Notes: a model not told the origin generated them from the letters alone. Positions 49,636-63,270 are shown, counted from the stretch's first letter. The stretch: 64,000 nucleotides of DNA from Octopus bimaculoides (GCF_001194135.2 NC_069007.1:6123116-6187115); one strand, 5' to 3'. Numbers and translations are program-made.

Positions 49636-49936
49636 CCTAGTTCTTTTACAGGGTTAGAAAAACTGAAGGACTGCTGCAATAAATGTGTGAATCTGAGAGG
49701 GGATTATGTTAAATGAAATCATAATTAACTGATCCTCCTGTGTTTTCTTTTACCCAAAGCCAGGAAAATTTCAGCACCCCTTCATATGCCTCAAGAGAAA
49801 ATTAACTGCTATTTCTGTCATTTCAAACAACCACATAGAAGCTCTTTTAAGTAACACAACAAATTCACTGATAACAACAGGAGCAGCGTGGTTACACACT
49901 CACACACACACACACACACACAAACGCATACATGCA

Positions 49937-50137
49937 TACTCTTTTACTCTTTACTCTTTCACTTGTTTCAGTCATTTGACTGCGGCCATGCTGGAGCACC
50001 GCCTGTAGTCGAGCAAATCGACCCCAGGACTTATTCTTTGTAAGCCTAGTACTTATTCTATCGATCTCTTTTGCCGAACCGCTAAGTGACGGGGACATAA
50101 ACCCACCAGCATCGGTTGTCAAGCAATGCTAGGGGGA

Positions 50138-50178
<41 letters not shown>

Positions 50179-50357
50179 ACACACACACACACATATATAT
50201 ACAACAGGCTTCTTTCAGTTTCCGTCTACCAAATCCACTCACAAGGCTTTGGTTGGCCCAAGGCTATAGTAGAAGACACTTGCCCAAGGTGCCACGCAGT
50301 GGGAATGAACCCGGAACCATGTGGTTGCTAAGCAAGCTACTTACCACACAGGCACTC
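49937..50357 (-). mobile_element. SINE family B, full length
   Basis: Complete reverse copy with internal (CA)n. Confidence 0.93.
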
Positions 50358-50859
50358 CTGTGCACGTTAATCATATTTATTCCATTTCTGAAATGCAATT
50401 AGGGAAGCAAAAATATCGGGTTAGCAATATTCTAATAAACGTTATGAATAGATGTTATCAGGTTTTAATCCTGTCCCCCTGGCATTTCTTAAATAATAGA
50501 TTATTTGGTGATGGAATTGGTAAGGTGATTAACAATCACATTATATCACAGACATATTTCCATGAGTGAGAGGAAACACGTTGATGCCATGTCATCATGT
50601 TCCACAGATTTTAACAAAATATTGATTTCAAATTTTGGCCCAGGGTCAGAAAATTACAGGGAGGAGCTTTGTCAATTACATTGACCCCAGTACTCAACTG
50701 GTACTTATTTTGTATATGTCAAGGGTGAAAGGAAAAGTCAACCTCGGCAGGATTTGAACTCAGAACAAAAAGACAGACAAAATGTTGCTAAGCATGCGAA
50801 TGGCTCTGCCAGCTCACTGCCTTTCGGTAATGATAATAATGATAACGATCATCATCATC

Positions 50860-51480
50860 ATTATTATCATCATCATCATCGTTTAACGTCTGCTTTCCAT
50901 GCTGGCATGGGTTGGACAGTTTGACTAAGGACCGGCAAGCAGTGATGCTGCACCAAGCCCCAATCTGATTTGGCAAGGTTACTTCAGCTGGATGCTCTTC
51001 CTAACACCAACCACTCTGAGAGTGTAGTGGGTACTTTTTATGTGGCACTGGCACCGGAGCCAGTCAGGTGGCACTGGTATTGACCATGCCCAAATGGTAT
51101 TTTTTATGTGCCACGTAAAAAGCACTGGTGATGGTGCCATATAAGAAGCATCGATGCTGGTGCCACATGAAAAACACTGGTAATGGTGTCACATAAGAAA
51201 CACTGGTTCTGGTGCCACGTAAAAAGCATTGGTTCTGGTGCCAGGTAAAAAGCACTGGTGATGGTGCCACATGAAAAGCACTGGTAAAGAGCAGTGGTGA
51301 TGGTGTCACATAAAAAAAAAGCACCCAGTACATTCTGTGGAGTGGCTGGTGTTGGGCATCCAGCTGTAGAAACCAATCCAAATCAGACTGGAACCTGGTG
51401 TGACTTCTGGCCTTACCAGTTCCTGCCAGATTGGAAAACAGGTGTCAAATGATAGTAATGACAATGATGATCGTGATCAT
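50860..51480. mobile_element. Family C inverted pair around a ~27-bp minisatellite
   Basis: Minus copy 50860-51100, about 8 units of GTGCCACGTAAAAAGCACTGGTGATG (51106-51320), plus copy 51320-51480. Confidence 0.85.
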
Positions 51481-51527
51481 GATGAAGGCATTAAGGACTA
51501 TTATTTCTTGAATATGCACAGCTGAGT

Positions 51528-51874
51528 GGAGGTGCAATGGCCAGTGGTTAGGGCAGCAGACTCGCGGTCATAGGATCGCGGTTTTGATTCCCAGACCGGG
51601 CGTTGTGAGTGTTTATTGAGCGAAAACACCTAAAGCTCCACGAGGCTCCCGCAGGGGATGGTGGCAAACCCTGCTGTACTCTTTCACCACAACTTTCCCT
51701 CACTCTTACTTCCTGTTTCTGTTGTGCCTGTAATTCAAAGGGTCAGCCTTGTCAGACTGAGTCACGCTGAATATCCCCGAGAACTACGTTAAGGGTACAC
51801 GTGTCTGTGGAGTGCTCAGCCACTTGCACGTTAATTTCACGAGCAGGCTGTTCTGTTGATCAGATCAACTGTAA
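51528..51874 (+). mobile_element. SINE family A (runs into a gap)
   Basis: Head and body match the other copies. Confidence 0.92.
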
Positions 51875-52302
51875 NNNNNNNNNNNNNNNNNNNNNNNNNN
51901 NNNNNNNNNNNNNNNNNNNNNNNNNNNNNNNNNNNNNNNNNNNNNNNNNNNNNNNNNNNNNNNNNNNNNNNNNNNNNNNNNNNNNNNNNNNNNNNNNNNN
52001 NNNNNNNNNNNNNNNNNNNNNNNNNNNNNNNNNNNNNNNNNNNNNNNNNNNNNNNNNNNNNNNNNNNNNNNNNNNNNNNNNNNNNNNNNNNNACCTTTAT
52101 AGGTTTCACAGATTCCATGATTGCAACTGGTGAAAGGAAATCTCAGGTCAGCAAAAATTTCTAATAAATATTGCAAATGTCCATTATCGACTGTAATTCT
52201 TGCTTTCAGGATTCTCTTAATGACATGTAAACAGGGTTTGGCGTCAACGAATGATTAACATTACCGTTATCGGCTGTATTATTTACAACATTGTCATCGT
52301 CG

Positions 52303-52336
<34 letters not shown>

Positions 52337-52915
52337 TAACATCATTGTTGTTAATGTTTACAGTTACATCATCATCATGATCTTTGTAATTATCATCATC
52401 ATCATCATCATTATTGTAATAGTCATCCTTCCTCATCCTCCTCATTCTCATCATCATCATCATCACCATACCTATCACTGTCATCATTGTCAGGATCGAC
52501 ATCATCATCATCATCATTGTAATAGTTATCCTCCCCTTCCTTCTCATCCTCATCAGTGTTTTCATCATCATCATCATCATCATTATTGTCATCATAATTG
52601 TTGTAATAGTTATCCTTCCCTTCCTCCTCCTCATCGCCTTCATCATCATCATCATCCATAGTAGCATTTTACATCCACCCCAAGTGACTCTAAATGTTAA
52701 TATCTTCTTATCAGTTCAACAGTTTTTGGTAATTGACCCCCTCCCCCATCTCCCCACCCACAAAAATTATCCACACTCTCCCCGCCACCCACTACTCCAT
52801 AACATCCAACTTCGATCTTGCCTGCATCATTCCAGAAATGAGTAGACATTGTATGTATGTATGTGTGTGTGTGTGAGTGTATCTATGCATGTGTATAAGA
52901 TCGGANNNNNNNNNN

Positions 52916-52953
<38 letters not shown>

Positions 52954-53420
52954 AATGACAAACAATGGATAGGTGTCAGTTCATTACAGCAATCTCCAAT
53001 GAATTTTTTAATTGATTAATGAGTACATTACATCATTATAAGAAACCGTTTTCTTCAGATGAGTACACAACCCACAGTTTTAGGCACATTTAAAAACATT
53101 TAAAAAGTTTATATTTTGTGATTCCCCAACCTTTGCTGGTTGCAGAATGAATGAGTTTGCCAAACTAGATAAGGGGTCTTATAGCAGAGGAAAGTGCAAC
53201 AACATATGTGGTAGGGTGTCTTTAAGATTTACAGCCTTAAAAGCGGTTAATTGGCATGGCGTGTGTATGTGTATGTGGGTGGGGGACGGATAGCCGAGTG
53301 TCTCATCTCCATAAGTAAGAAAAAGATGGTTCTGTTTATTTTATGATACAATTCAACCAGAGGATATAAGTTTAAAAGTGAAAGAGATTTAATTGGATTG
53401 GATTGCCTATGTTCAGTCTT

Positions 53421-53810
53421 GTTGTTGGCACCGCATCACTTACAATGTTGAGGGTTCCAGTTGATCCTATCAACGGAACAGCCTGCTCGTGAAATTAACG
53501 TGCAAGTGGTTGAGCACTCCACAGATACGTGTACCCTTAACGTAGTTCTCGAGGATATTCAGCGTGACACAGTGTGACAAGGCTGACCCTTTGAATTACA
53601 GGTACAACAGAAACAGAAACAGGAAACAAGAGTGAGAGAAAGTTGTGGTGGAAGAGTACAGCAGGGTTCGCCACCATCCCTTGCCGGAGCCTCGTGGAGC
53701 TTTTTAGGTGTTTTCGCTCAATAAACACTCACAACGCCCGGTCTGGGAATCGAAACCGCGATCCTATGACAGCGAGTCCGCTGCCATAACCACTGGGCCA
53801 TTGCGCCTCC
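53421..53810 (-). mobile_element. SINE family A
   Basis: Full-length reverse copy. Confidence 0.93.
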
Positions 53811-55339
53811 ACATGTTCAGTCTACTGCAGGAAGAAAGCCCCAACATATTCTCTCCATTAACCATGGTCTGTTGTGCAGGCAGTGAATTTGATCTTCGGG
53901 TCATACTGGTTCGATTCCCCTGCTCTGCCAAAGTGGCCCAACATGGCTTTGTTGTAGGGGGCATTGTTTTCATTTTATTCTTTTACTCTTATCCAGGAGT
54001 TGTTAAATCGATTACATCTCAGGACTTTAATACCTGAATATAATGTCAGGTGACGAGCTGGCAGAATCATTAGCACACGGGGCAAAAGGCCTAGTGCAAT
54101 CTTGTCTGTCTTTATTAAGTTCTGGGGTTCAAATTCTGCCATGGTCGACTTTGCCATTTATCCTTTCAGAGTCGATGAAACAAGTACCAGTTGTGTACTG
54201 GGGTCGATGTCATTGACTTACATCCTCTCTCGAACGTGCTGGCCTTGTCCCAAAATATGACACCAATATCTGAATGTAATACCTTTCTTTTCCTGGATGC
54301 TGATATGCGTAAACAAACAAGGATTCGACTGCTATTTCTAACAAGTTCAAATGACCACATCCACTCTGCCTTTATTGGTTTGACCAATTCAGTGATTGCA
54401 ATCGGTAAGAAATCTCAGCTCAGTAAACTTTACTAATAAATATTGCAAATGTATATTAACGACTGTAATTCCTGCTTTCATGGCTTCCCTAAATAATGTA
54501 TAACAGGGCTCTGTTGCCAAAAAAGGATTAGCATTTGTCATCATTACCTTCGTCATTGTCGTCGTCATCGCCATCATTATCATCAACATCATTGTTTTCA
54601 TCTCCATCACCATCATGACCTTCATTATCATCCTCCTACCGCTCCTCCTTCTCATCATCATCATCATCACTAATAGCAGCCACAGCAGCAACACCGTCGT
54701 CACCCCCACTGCTACCACCACCACCACCACTACCGTCACCATTACCACCATGACCATCATTATCATCATCACCATTATCATCATCATTATCACCACCACC
54801 ACCACCACTGCCACTGCAACTTCTGTCATGATCATCATTGCTGTCATCATCATCATCATATACCATCGTCATCATGGCCGTCATCGTTATCGTCATGATG
54901 AGCAGTAGTAGCAGCAGCACCACCACCACTACTACCACTGTCACCATTATCACCATCATTACCACATTATCATTATGGATCACCACCAGCACCACTTTTG
55001 TCATTATCATCATCATCATCATCATCATCATTGTCGTCATCATCATTCTCATCAGCAGCAGCAGCAGTACTACCACCCCATCACCACCACCACCACCATC
55101 ATCTTAAGGATTCCGTGATTGCATTTGGTGAGGTGTGTGCAAGAGTACACATACAGCGTGGCAGAACTAACATCATCAGTCAGATTGATTTGGTTTGGCT
55201 GATGCAACTGGAAAAGGAACCATTCCTCCCCAGCAACCAGTTGTAATAAATAAGCATTATGTGTTACCCTTATCTAATTTTAAATTCCTGCTCCAAAGAT
55301 TTGTCTTGAGAATTTACAGTGCTCTATAATATAAGCAGT

Positions 55340-55590
55340 GGAGGCGCGTGGCCTAGTGGTTAGGGTGTCAGCATCATGATCGTAAGATTGTGGTTTCGAT
55401 TTCTGGACCGGGCGACGCGTTGTGTTCTTGAGCAAAACACTTCATTTCACGTTGCTCCAGTCCAATCAGCTGGCAAAAATGAGTAACGCTGCAATGGACT
55501 GGGGAACACATACGCCATTGAAACCGGGAAACAGGGCCCATGAGCCTGACTAGGCTTTAAAAGGGCGCATTTATTTTATTTATATATATT
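55340..55590 (+). mobile_element. tRNA-derived SINE, family F (CORE/V-like body)
   Basis: GGAGGCGCGTGGCCTAGTGGTTAGGG...GGTTTCGATTTC; TTCTTGAGCAAAACACTT; GCAATGGACTGG. A related reverse copy lies at 59300-59665. Confidence 0.75.
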
Positions 55591-56231
55591 ATAAGCAAGT
55601 GGTTAGCATTCAAGACATTGTTTTATAGGGGTCATTTGGAGGGTCTTGTTATATTGTTTTCGGGGGTGGGGTGCGGTGGGTCGATTCCATTGGCCCCATC
55701 GGCTTAACTAGTATTTCTATTAAGAACTCCGAAAGGATGAAAAGCAAAGTTAACTGGAATTTGAACTCAAAACAAAGATGAATGAAAAGCCATTCAGCAT
55801 TTTGCCTGGCATGCTAACCATTCTGCACAAGGCCAGCAATTTCAGCAGAGGGGTAAGTGGATTACGATGACCTCAGTTTACAGCTGGTACTTATTCTATT
55901 AATTCCAAAAAGGTCTAAGGCAAAGTAATCCTCAGCAGGATTTGAACTCAGGACGTAAAGACACCACAAAATGCTGCTAATCGTTCAGCCAGGGCATCAC
56001 CTTTAAGAAAAAAATATTGGTTACAAATTTTGGCACGAGGCCAGCAATTTCAGGGGCCAGGTGGTTAAGTTGATTACTTCAGCCCCAGGGTGCAACAGTC
56101 ACTTATTTTTACCAACCCTTAAAAGATGAATGGCAAAGTCAAATTTGGTGGAATTTGAACAAAAAAAGGAAAAATGGACAAAGTGCCAAGAATTTAGACT
56201 CACATGCTAACCATTCTACTAGATCAATGCC

Positions 56232-56296
<65 letters not shown>

Positions 56297-56391
56297 CCTT
56301 TCTACTAGAGGCACAAGGCCTGAAATTTTGGAGATGGGGATAGTTGTCAGTTATAATTTGATTACTGTGGCCATGCTGGAGCACCACCTTT

Positions 56392-56520
56392 AGTGTTGAT
56401 TTGAAGTCCAAAAGTTTGTCAATGGTCTCCTTCCAAATGATAAAACAGTCATCCAAGTACCTTTTCCAGCCTTCTTTTATGTAATGGTTAAATGGGTAAC
56501 CATATTTTTGAAGAGATCCA
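56392..56520 (-). mobile_element. Penelope-like RT motif-C fragment
   Basis: GWKRYLDDCFIIWKETIDKLLDFKSTL. Confidence 0.8.
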
Positions 56521-58647
56521 AAAATGAATCCTGTCCCATCTAGATGGGGAATTTATGTCATGGAAACCAGGAATCCAGCCCCTATGAGTCGACATGACTT
56601 GAGAAGGTAACTTCACTACACAGTGGGATTGAATCTAGAACCTTGTGGTTGGGAAGCAGAGTTCTTACCACACAGCCATGGCTGGGCCAATACCAACATG
56701 TGCCATGACTGAGGCCCCAGTTTTCACTTTATCAAAATTTAGAGACATTTGGCTAACTTTGTATTCACATGGATCTTTGTGGTGGAGCGGGCTATGCCTC
56801 AAAATCCAAGAATGACTTGTACATCATATCACATATATTGGCTCGACAGATTCTGTGATCGCAACTAGAGAAGAATGGTGTATGGCACCTAACATCAATC
56901 GGATTAATTAGGTTCCGTTAATATCATTGGAAGAGAAAAATTCCTGATTGGCAAAATGTAATAAACATTATGCATTGAAATTATTCAATATCAATTCCGG
57001 TTCCTAAGGTATCTCGCAATAACAGATTATCATATTTAGAATTAGCAGGTGATTAGCAGTCGTGTTAGTTTTTGTAGGGGTCCTTTGAAGTGGTTTGGTT
57101 AATTAATTCATTAATTCAGAAACCTGTTTCTGTAATGAATAACAGGGATCCTGCTTATTGCATACAAATCAATTTTGAGATTTCAATATCCATGATTGTA
57201 AAAAGTATGTACAGTAAATGCTGCCGTTGTTGTTGTTGTTGAGCTTTTCTAGAGGTCACAAACCCATGATCAGGTTTCATATGTGAATGAATAAAAGTTA
57301 ATTTAAGGGGAATTGTTATTGGTGTCATCAACATCATGAACATCATCATCATCATTGCCCATCTTGTCATCTTCATCATCATCATCATTTTCCTCCTCCT
57401 CCTCACCATCTTTATCATCATCATCATCATCATCAACATTATCATCAATATTGCGATTATCATCATCATTGTCATCATCATCGTCATCCTCATCATCAAT
57501 ATCACCATTAATATCATCAACATCATCATCATCATTGTTCTAATCATCATGTTCGTCGTTATCATCATCATTATCATCGCTATCATCACCATTGTTGTTG
57601 TCACTATTTTTATATCCACTTTTCTATGATGGCAGAGTCTGAAGACATTTCCAAAGTATCTTCCTAGAACTGGAAACCCTTCTGTTTGCCAACCATTTTG
57701 CAGTCATTATCCCCAATCCACAGGAATAGAAATTATCTATATTTGTACCTGGATTCACCCGGTAACAGTTATTAGATAAATAATTACAAAGGTTTATTTG
57801 GTGGAGATGAATATACCATAAATTCCACAAAATATTCAAAGACTACGCATGTAAAGATTAATATCAAATCTCTTATATTACCTGGGCAGATTTGATGATT
57901 GCAACTAGAAAAGATTGGCATATGGTACCTAACATCAATCAGATTAATTTGGTTTCCGTAATACCAATGGAAAAGGAAAAAAATTCCTGATCAGCAAACT
58001 GTAACAAACATTATGCACAGAAATTATTCAATATTAATACCGGCACCTATGGTATCTCGCAATAACGTATTATCATATTTAGAATTAGCAAATGATTAGC
58101 ATTCATGCTAGCTTTTGCAGGTGTCTTTTGAAGTGGTTTTATTTAATCGCTAATTCATTAATTCAGATGTTTGTTTCTATAATGAGCAACAGGGATCCTG
58201 TTGAATGCGTGCAAATCAATTATGAGATTTTGATACCCGTGACTGTAACGATTTTATACAATAAATGCTGTTACAGTTGAGATTTTTCAAGAGCTCTCTG
58301 GTTTATTATCTGGTTCAGGTTATGAATGAACAAGAGTTAATTTATGGGTCATCATCGTTATTACCATCATCAGTTTTCATCATTTTAGCAGTTGACATCA
58401 TCATGATTGCCCTCATCAGTTATCATCATCATCATCATCATCATCATCAATTACGTTATCATTATTCTTATCATCTTCCTCATCCTCCTCATTCTCCTCC
58501 TGTCATTATCATCATCATCATCATCATTATGATCACTGTTGTTGTCATCATCATATTTGTAGTCATCACCACCACCACCACCACCACCACCACCATCAGC
58601 AACATTGTTATCATCGTCGTCATCATCATCATTAGACTTGTTTGATC

Positions 58648-58850
58648 AGTGCAAGTGTGAAGGTAGAAGACCTACAAAAGTCAACAGTGCTTGGAACTGC
58701 AAGAATTCTTCGGAGGGTTCTTGAAGCATGACCAGTAAACAAATGTCACCTTTGTCTGCTGGCTGTGGGCAGCTGACACTTTCCAGTATACCCAGCAAAA
58801 TAAGCTGCGAGTTTTCATCAAATAATAATAATAATAATAATAATAATAAT
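58648..58850 (+). mobile_element. R4/Dong-clade LINE 3' end with (AAT)n tail
   Basis: KVEDLQKSTVLGTARILRRVLEA* (R4-clade C-terminal motif), a short 3' UTR, then (AAT)n. Confidence 0.85.
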
Positions 58851-59066
58851 TTCTGCTAAAGGCACAAGGTATGAAATTTGGGTGGGGATGGGGTCGAGTA
58901 CTAGTCGGTTTACTTCGACTCCATTACTTGACTGGCACTTAATTTATCGACCCCGAAAAGGATGAAAGGCAAAGTCAACCTCGGTGCAATTTGAACTCAG
59001 AATGTAGTGACGAAATACAGCTATACATTTCACCTGGTGGGCTAACGATCCTGCTAGCTCACTGCC

Positions 59067-59101
<35 letters not shown>

Positions 59102-59437
59102 TTCTACAATAGGGGATCTTGGAGGAGGGTATAAGTCAATTACATCGACCCCAGTACATAACTGGTACTTAATTTATCGACCCCAAAAGGATGAAAGTCA
59201 ATGTTGACCTTGGTGGAATTTGAACTCGGAATGTGGCGATGGGCAAAATATCGCTAAGCATTTCGTCCAAATAATAATAATAACGATGATCAATGAAGGA
59301 CTCTTCCGTTGAAGACAACATGAGTGTTCAGCTTTTGCCGAACGACCTGCACAAAGGATTTGTTTGTAGGGATGAAGTATGTGTGCCATGCATTAGGTCC
59401 CTCTCTCCATCAAATCAACGGTGTCTGAACAGGTGTA

Positions 59438-59540
59438 CAGGTGTACCAAGCGTCAGGTGTACCAAGCGTCAGGTGTACCAAGCGTCAGGTGTACCAAGCG
59501 TCAGGTGTACCAAGTGTCAGGTGTACCAAGCGTCAGGTGT
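59438..59540. repeat. 16-bp minisatellite, ~6.4 copies (CAGGTGTACCAAGCGT), inside a family-F SINE
   Basis: Directly visible; one CpG-decayed unit. Confidence 0.95.
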
Positions 59541-59748
59541 CGAAGTGACAGCAGAGTAACGTGAGGTGAAGTGCTTTGCTCAAGAAGACAATGCACTGCC
59601 CAGTCTAGGAAATGAAATCATGATCACTAGATCAGGAATGCAACACCTTAACTACGAGCTCATGTGCTGTCATAATAATAACAATAATGATAATAATAAC
59701 AATAATGATAATAATAACAATAATGATAATAATAATAATAATAATCGT

Positions 59749-60126
59749 GGAGGCGCAATGGACCAGTGGTTAGGGCTTTGGACTCACGGTCATAGGATCG
59801 CGGTTTCAATTCCCAGACCAGGCGTTGTGAATGTTTATAAAGCGAAAACACCTAAAGCTCCATGAGGCTCCGGCAGGGGATGGTGGCGAACCCTGCTGTA
59901 CTCTTCCACCACAACTTTCTCTCACTCTTACTTCCTGTGCTTGTAATTCAAAGGGTTAGCCTTGTCACACTCTGAGTCACGCTGTATCTCCCCCGAGAAC
60001 TACGTCAGGGGCACACGTGTCTGTGGAGTGCTCAGCCACTTGCACGTTGATTTCACGAGCAGGCTGTTCCGTTGATCGGATCAACTGGAACCCTCGACGT
60101 TGTAAGCGACGGAGTGCCGACAACAA
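59749..60126 (+). mobile_element. SINE family A
   Basis: Full-length copy following an (AAT)n tract. Confidence 0.92.
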
Positions 60127-60829
60127 TAATCACATCAAGAATTTTAAATGGACAACAGCATGATTGTGGAAACATTTGAGATTTATGCTAAAGAAGGAAA
60201 CAGACACAAAAAGTAATGTAATTTTGAATGTAAATGATGAAAATGATGAGGAGAATGTGTCTGGTGAAATTAAAAATATCAAAATGTTATCTAATGTGAG
60301 AGAAAATATTCTGAGGGAGAGGTGGGGGAATAATTGTGGATTAATAAAATAGTTATGATTTAAATGCAAATGAGCTTTTGATGATTAAAAAATCATTTTT
60401 ATATTTTTGGTGGGGAAAGAGTTGATAGTTGATAACTAGATTGTTTTCTTTCTTTGATTCTAAAGTCGGACAGTCAGATACCAAAATTTAATGGCAGTGG
60501 AAACAGGCCATCAACAAACTACTTGGTATTCTTTTCAAATAATCTGCTTGTTTGACCTGTGAAATATAACAACCAAAAATCTCACAGTTTCTACATTATT
60601 ATCATGTTAAATTAAAACAGATACAAACAAAATGAACTCTGATTTACACTATATTCATTTACTGGCTTTGTGGTTAAGAAGCTTGCTTTCCAACCACGTG
60701 GTTTCGGGTTCAAATTTGCAGCATAAAGGCCTGACACAGAGGGAACAGCACAAGGAAAGACGAACACACAAGTGGAGAAAATGATAAAACGAATGAAAAA
60801 AGATAAGATTGAATGCAGAATGGAATGAC

Positions 60830-61345
60830 GGCCTCTCAAAACCCCCCACACTCCGAGCAACCACATTGAACTCGTTTTATACCAAATTACCACTTAAGAT
60901 GTATCTTTTCTTTTTCAAAATTAAAATGTCTTTCAAACTCACCGATGGTGGCAACGTGTCAAAGTCTATCTCTTCGCATATCACATACACCTTCTCACCA
61001 AACTTCCCCCTCAGTCTGTGAAGGTGCTCTCTGCTCATGACAGCATATCTCATTTGTGAGGGACACCACTTGCAACCCAAAACAGCCACTTTGGTAATGT
61101 CTTTTAAACTGTCGATTTTCTTTAAGACATTATAAGAAATGGCACAACTCTTTCCAGAGGCTGGGGGCTAGGGAGTTTGTGGCTCTTGTATGTCTGTATG
61201 TATTTCTGTAGGGACAAGGTCAGGGTCAGTGTTGGGTGGGGCAGGATGAGGGCTGGTGTCTGCAGGACTAGGGCGGGGCGGAGTTGGGCAGGATGGGGGC
61301 AGGGTAGGAGTGAGGCGGAGGTCATAGTCACTGGTGTGGGTCCTC
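60830..61345 (-). pseudogene. Unidentified coding-like relic, possibly a retroelement ORF1/gag
   Basis: Pro-rich stretch, then after a frameshift NVLKKIDSLKDITKVAVLGCKWCPSQMRYAVMSREHLHRLRGKFGEKVYVICEEIDFDTLPPSVSLKDILIL...; no family recognised. Confidence 0.3.
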
Positions 61346-61355
61346 TTCCTTCTCT

Positions 61356-61736
61356 TCTTGTTTCATTTTGAAACAATCGCCTTTAGTCGAGCAAATCAAC
61401 CCCAGGACTTATTCTTCGGAAGCCTAGTACTTATTCTATCAGTCTCTTTTGCCGAACCGCTAAGTTACAGGGACGTAAACACGCCAGCATCGGTTGTCAA
61501 GCGATGTTGGGGGGACAAACACAGATACACAAACACACATACATATATACACACATATATATATACATATATACGACGGGCTTCTTTCAGTTTCCGTCTA
61601 CAAATTCCACTAACTAGGCTTTGGTCGGCCCGAGGCTATAGTAGAAGACACTTGCCCAAGGTGCCACTCAGTGGGATTGAATCCAGAACCATGTGGTTGG
61701 TAAGCAAGCTACTTACCACACAGCCACTCCTGCGCC
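61356..61736 (-). mobile_element. SINE family B
   Basis: Reverse copy with a small deletion in the tail. Confidence 0.92.
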
Positions 61737-62457
61737 TATCTCTGCTGAAGTTACTTCTTTAATGCTATATTGCTTTAGATATTGATTTTCAAAGTTCGGC
61801 ACAAGGCCTGCAATTTTGGAGGAGGGGTGAGTCAATTGCATCAACCCTAGTGTTCAACTGGTGCTTATTTTATCAACCCTGAAAAGAATGAAAGACAAAG
61901 TTGACCTCAGCGGAATTTGAACTCATAAGGTAAAGATGGCTGAAGTGTTGCTAAGCATTTTCCCCGGCATGCTAACAATTCTACCAGCTTCCTTCCCTTT
62001 GAATATTGCATGTTTTAATACACTAAAATCATTTTCTCCTAAATATGTGGCTGCAATCGGGATGCATCTATTAAACCCATGCAATCAAATAAGATAAAAT
62101 TCCTATAATTATTCTATTATTCCGTTATTATGTTATTTATTCCTAGTTGTTCCATCACTAAATCTCCTCTATTTGCTAGCTGAATTTATTGATCTGCAAT
62201 TAAAGATTAAAGAATTAGATCATTGATTTCAGTTCATTGATTTTAGTTCATGATTTTAGTTTATGATTGATTAAGATATTAAAATCGTTGAAGGATTTCA
62301 GCTGATTGTATTGAACCCTGTACTTGGTTTAAAGTATGGTGAATAATTTATTGATTTTTAATTCATCAAATGCAATGTTAGATGACATAAATGTGAAACG
62401 CTGTTTATTGAATGGTATTTAATGTAAAGCCACATACATATATGCAAATATATATAC

Positions 62458-62845
62458 AGGTATGGCTGTGTGGTAAGAAGCGTGCCTTCTAACCACATGG
62501 TTCTGGTTTCAGTCCCACTGTGTGGCACCTTAAGCAAGTGTTTTCTACTATAGTCTTGGGCTGACCAAAGCCTTATGAGTGGGATTGGTAGACGGTAACT
62601 GAGAGAAGCCCACTGTGTGTGTGTGTGTGTGTGTGCGTGTCTGTATTTGTCCCCTACCACTGCTTGACAACTGGTGTTGATGTGTTTATGTGCCTGTCAC
62701 TTAGCAGTTCAGCAAAAGAGACCAATTGAATAAGTACGAAGCTTGAAAAATGAAAAAAGTACTGGGATCAATGAGTTGGACTAAAATTCTTGAAGGCAGT
62801 CTTCCAGCATGGCCACAGTCTAATGACTGAAAGAAGTGAATGAAT
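62458..62845 (+). mobile_element. SINE family B
   Basis: Head/CORE/(TG)n/tail. Confidence 0.9.
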
Positions 62846-62860
62846 ATATATATGTATGTA

Positions 62861-62891
<31 letters not shown>

Positions 62892-63019
62892 ATGTATGTA
62901 TGTATGTGTGTGTGTATATATATATATATATATACATACATTGTTCACAGACTCTGCAGATCAAACTTTACCTCTTCTTCACTACACTGGTGATGTGTAT
63001 TCAAGCAGCTCCCCTATAT

Positions 63020-63270
63020 TCAGCATGAAAAATGCAAGTTTCTTTGAAAATAACCCCTCCTTCCTTCATTTGTTTTTCTCCGTTGGTGCCAATGGCAAGC
63101 ATGGATTTTGCAGTTAACCACAAACTCGCATTCCTTCAACGAGGACTTTATGCCATCCTCAAACCACAATCTTGGCTTCTGCGGTTGGTGCTTTCCACAA
63201 ACAAATTCACCATACAGCTTCTGTTTAGGAATCATACACTTATGGCTATCAAGTCTGTAGAGTTACAACA
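63020..63270 (-). mobile_element. RTE-clade (BovB-like) LINE ORF2 3' fragment
   Basis: IPKQKLYGEFVCGKHQPQKPRLWFEDGIKSSLKEC, matching RIPKQLLYGELxxGKRxxxxPxLRYKD. Confidence 0.75.

Larger units (their letters stand above)
52095..58640. repeat. Ancient tandem/segmental array of about 5 diverged unique-looking units, most followed by a (CAT)n tract
   Basis: Homologous blocks at 52095-52260, 54372-54540, 55105-55320, 56845-57300 and 57885-58350, sharing GATTGCAACTGG/AG..AAAG, TAATAAA..ATTATG and AATTCC(T/G)G.TCC motifs. Confidence 0.75.

Noticed and set aside
57075-58280. Conserved small Cys-terminated ORF in the duplicated blocks (NSLIQ..NRDP..CIQIN.EI..KCC)
   Set aside because: Codon-by-codon comparison shows mostly non-synonymous changes and an upstream frameshift, so there is no sign of purifying selection.
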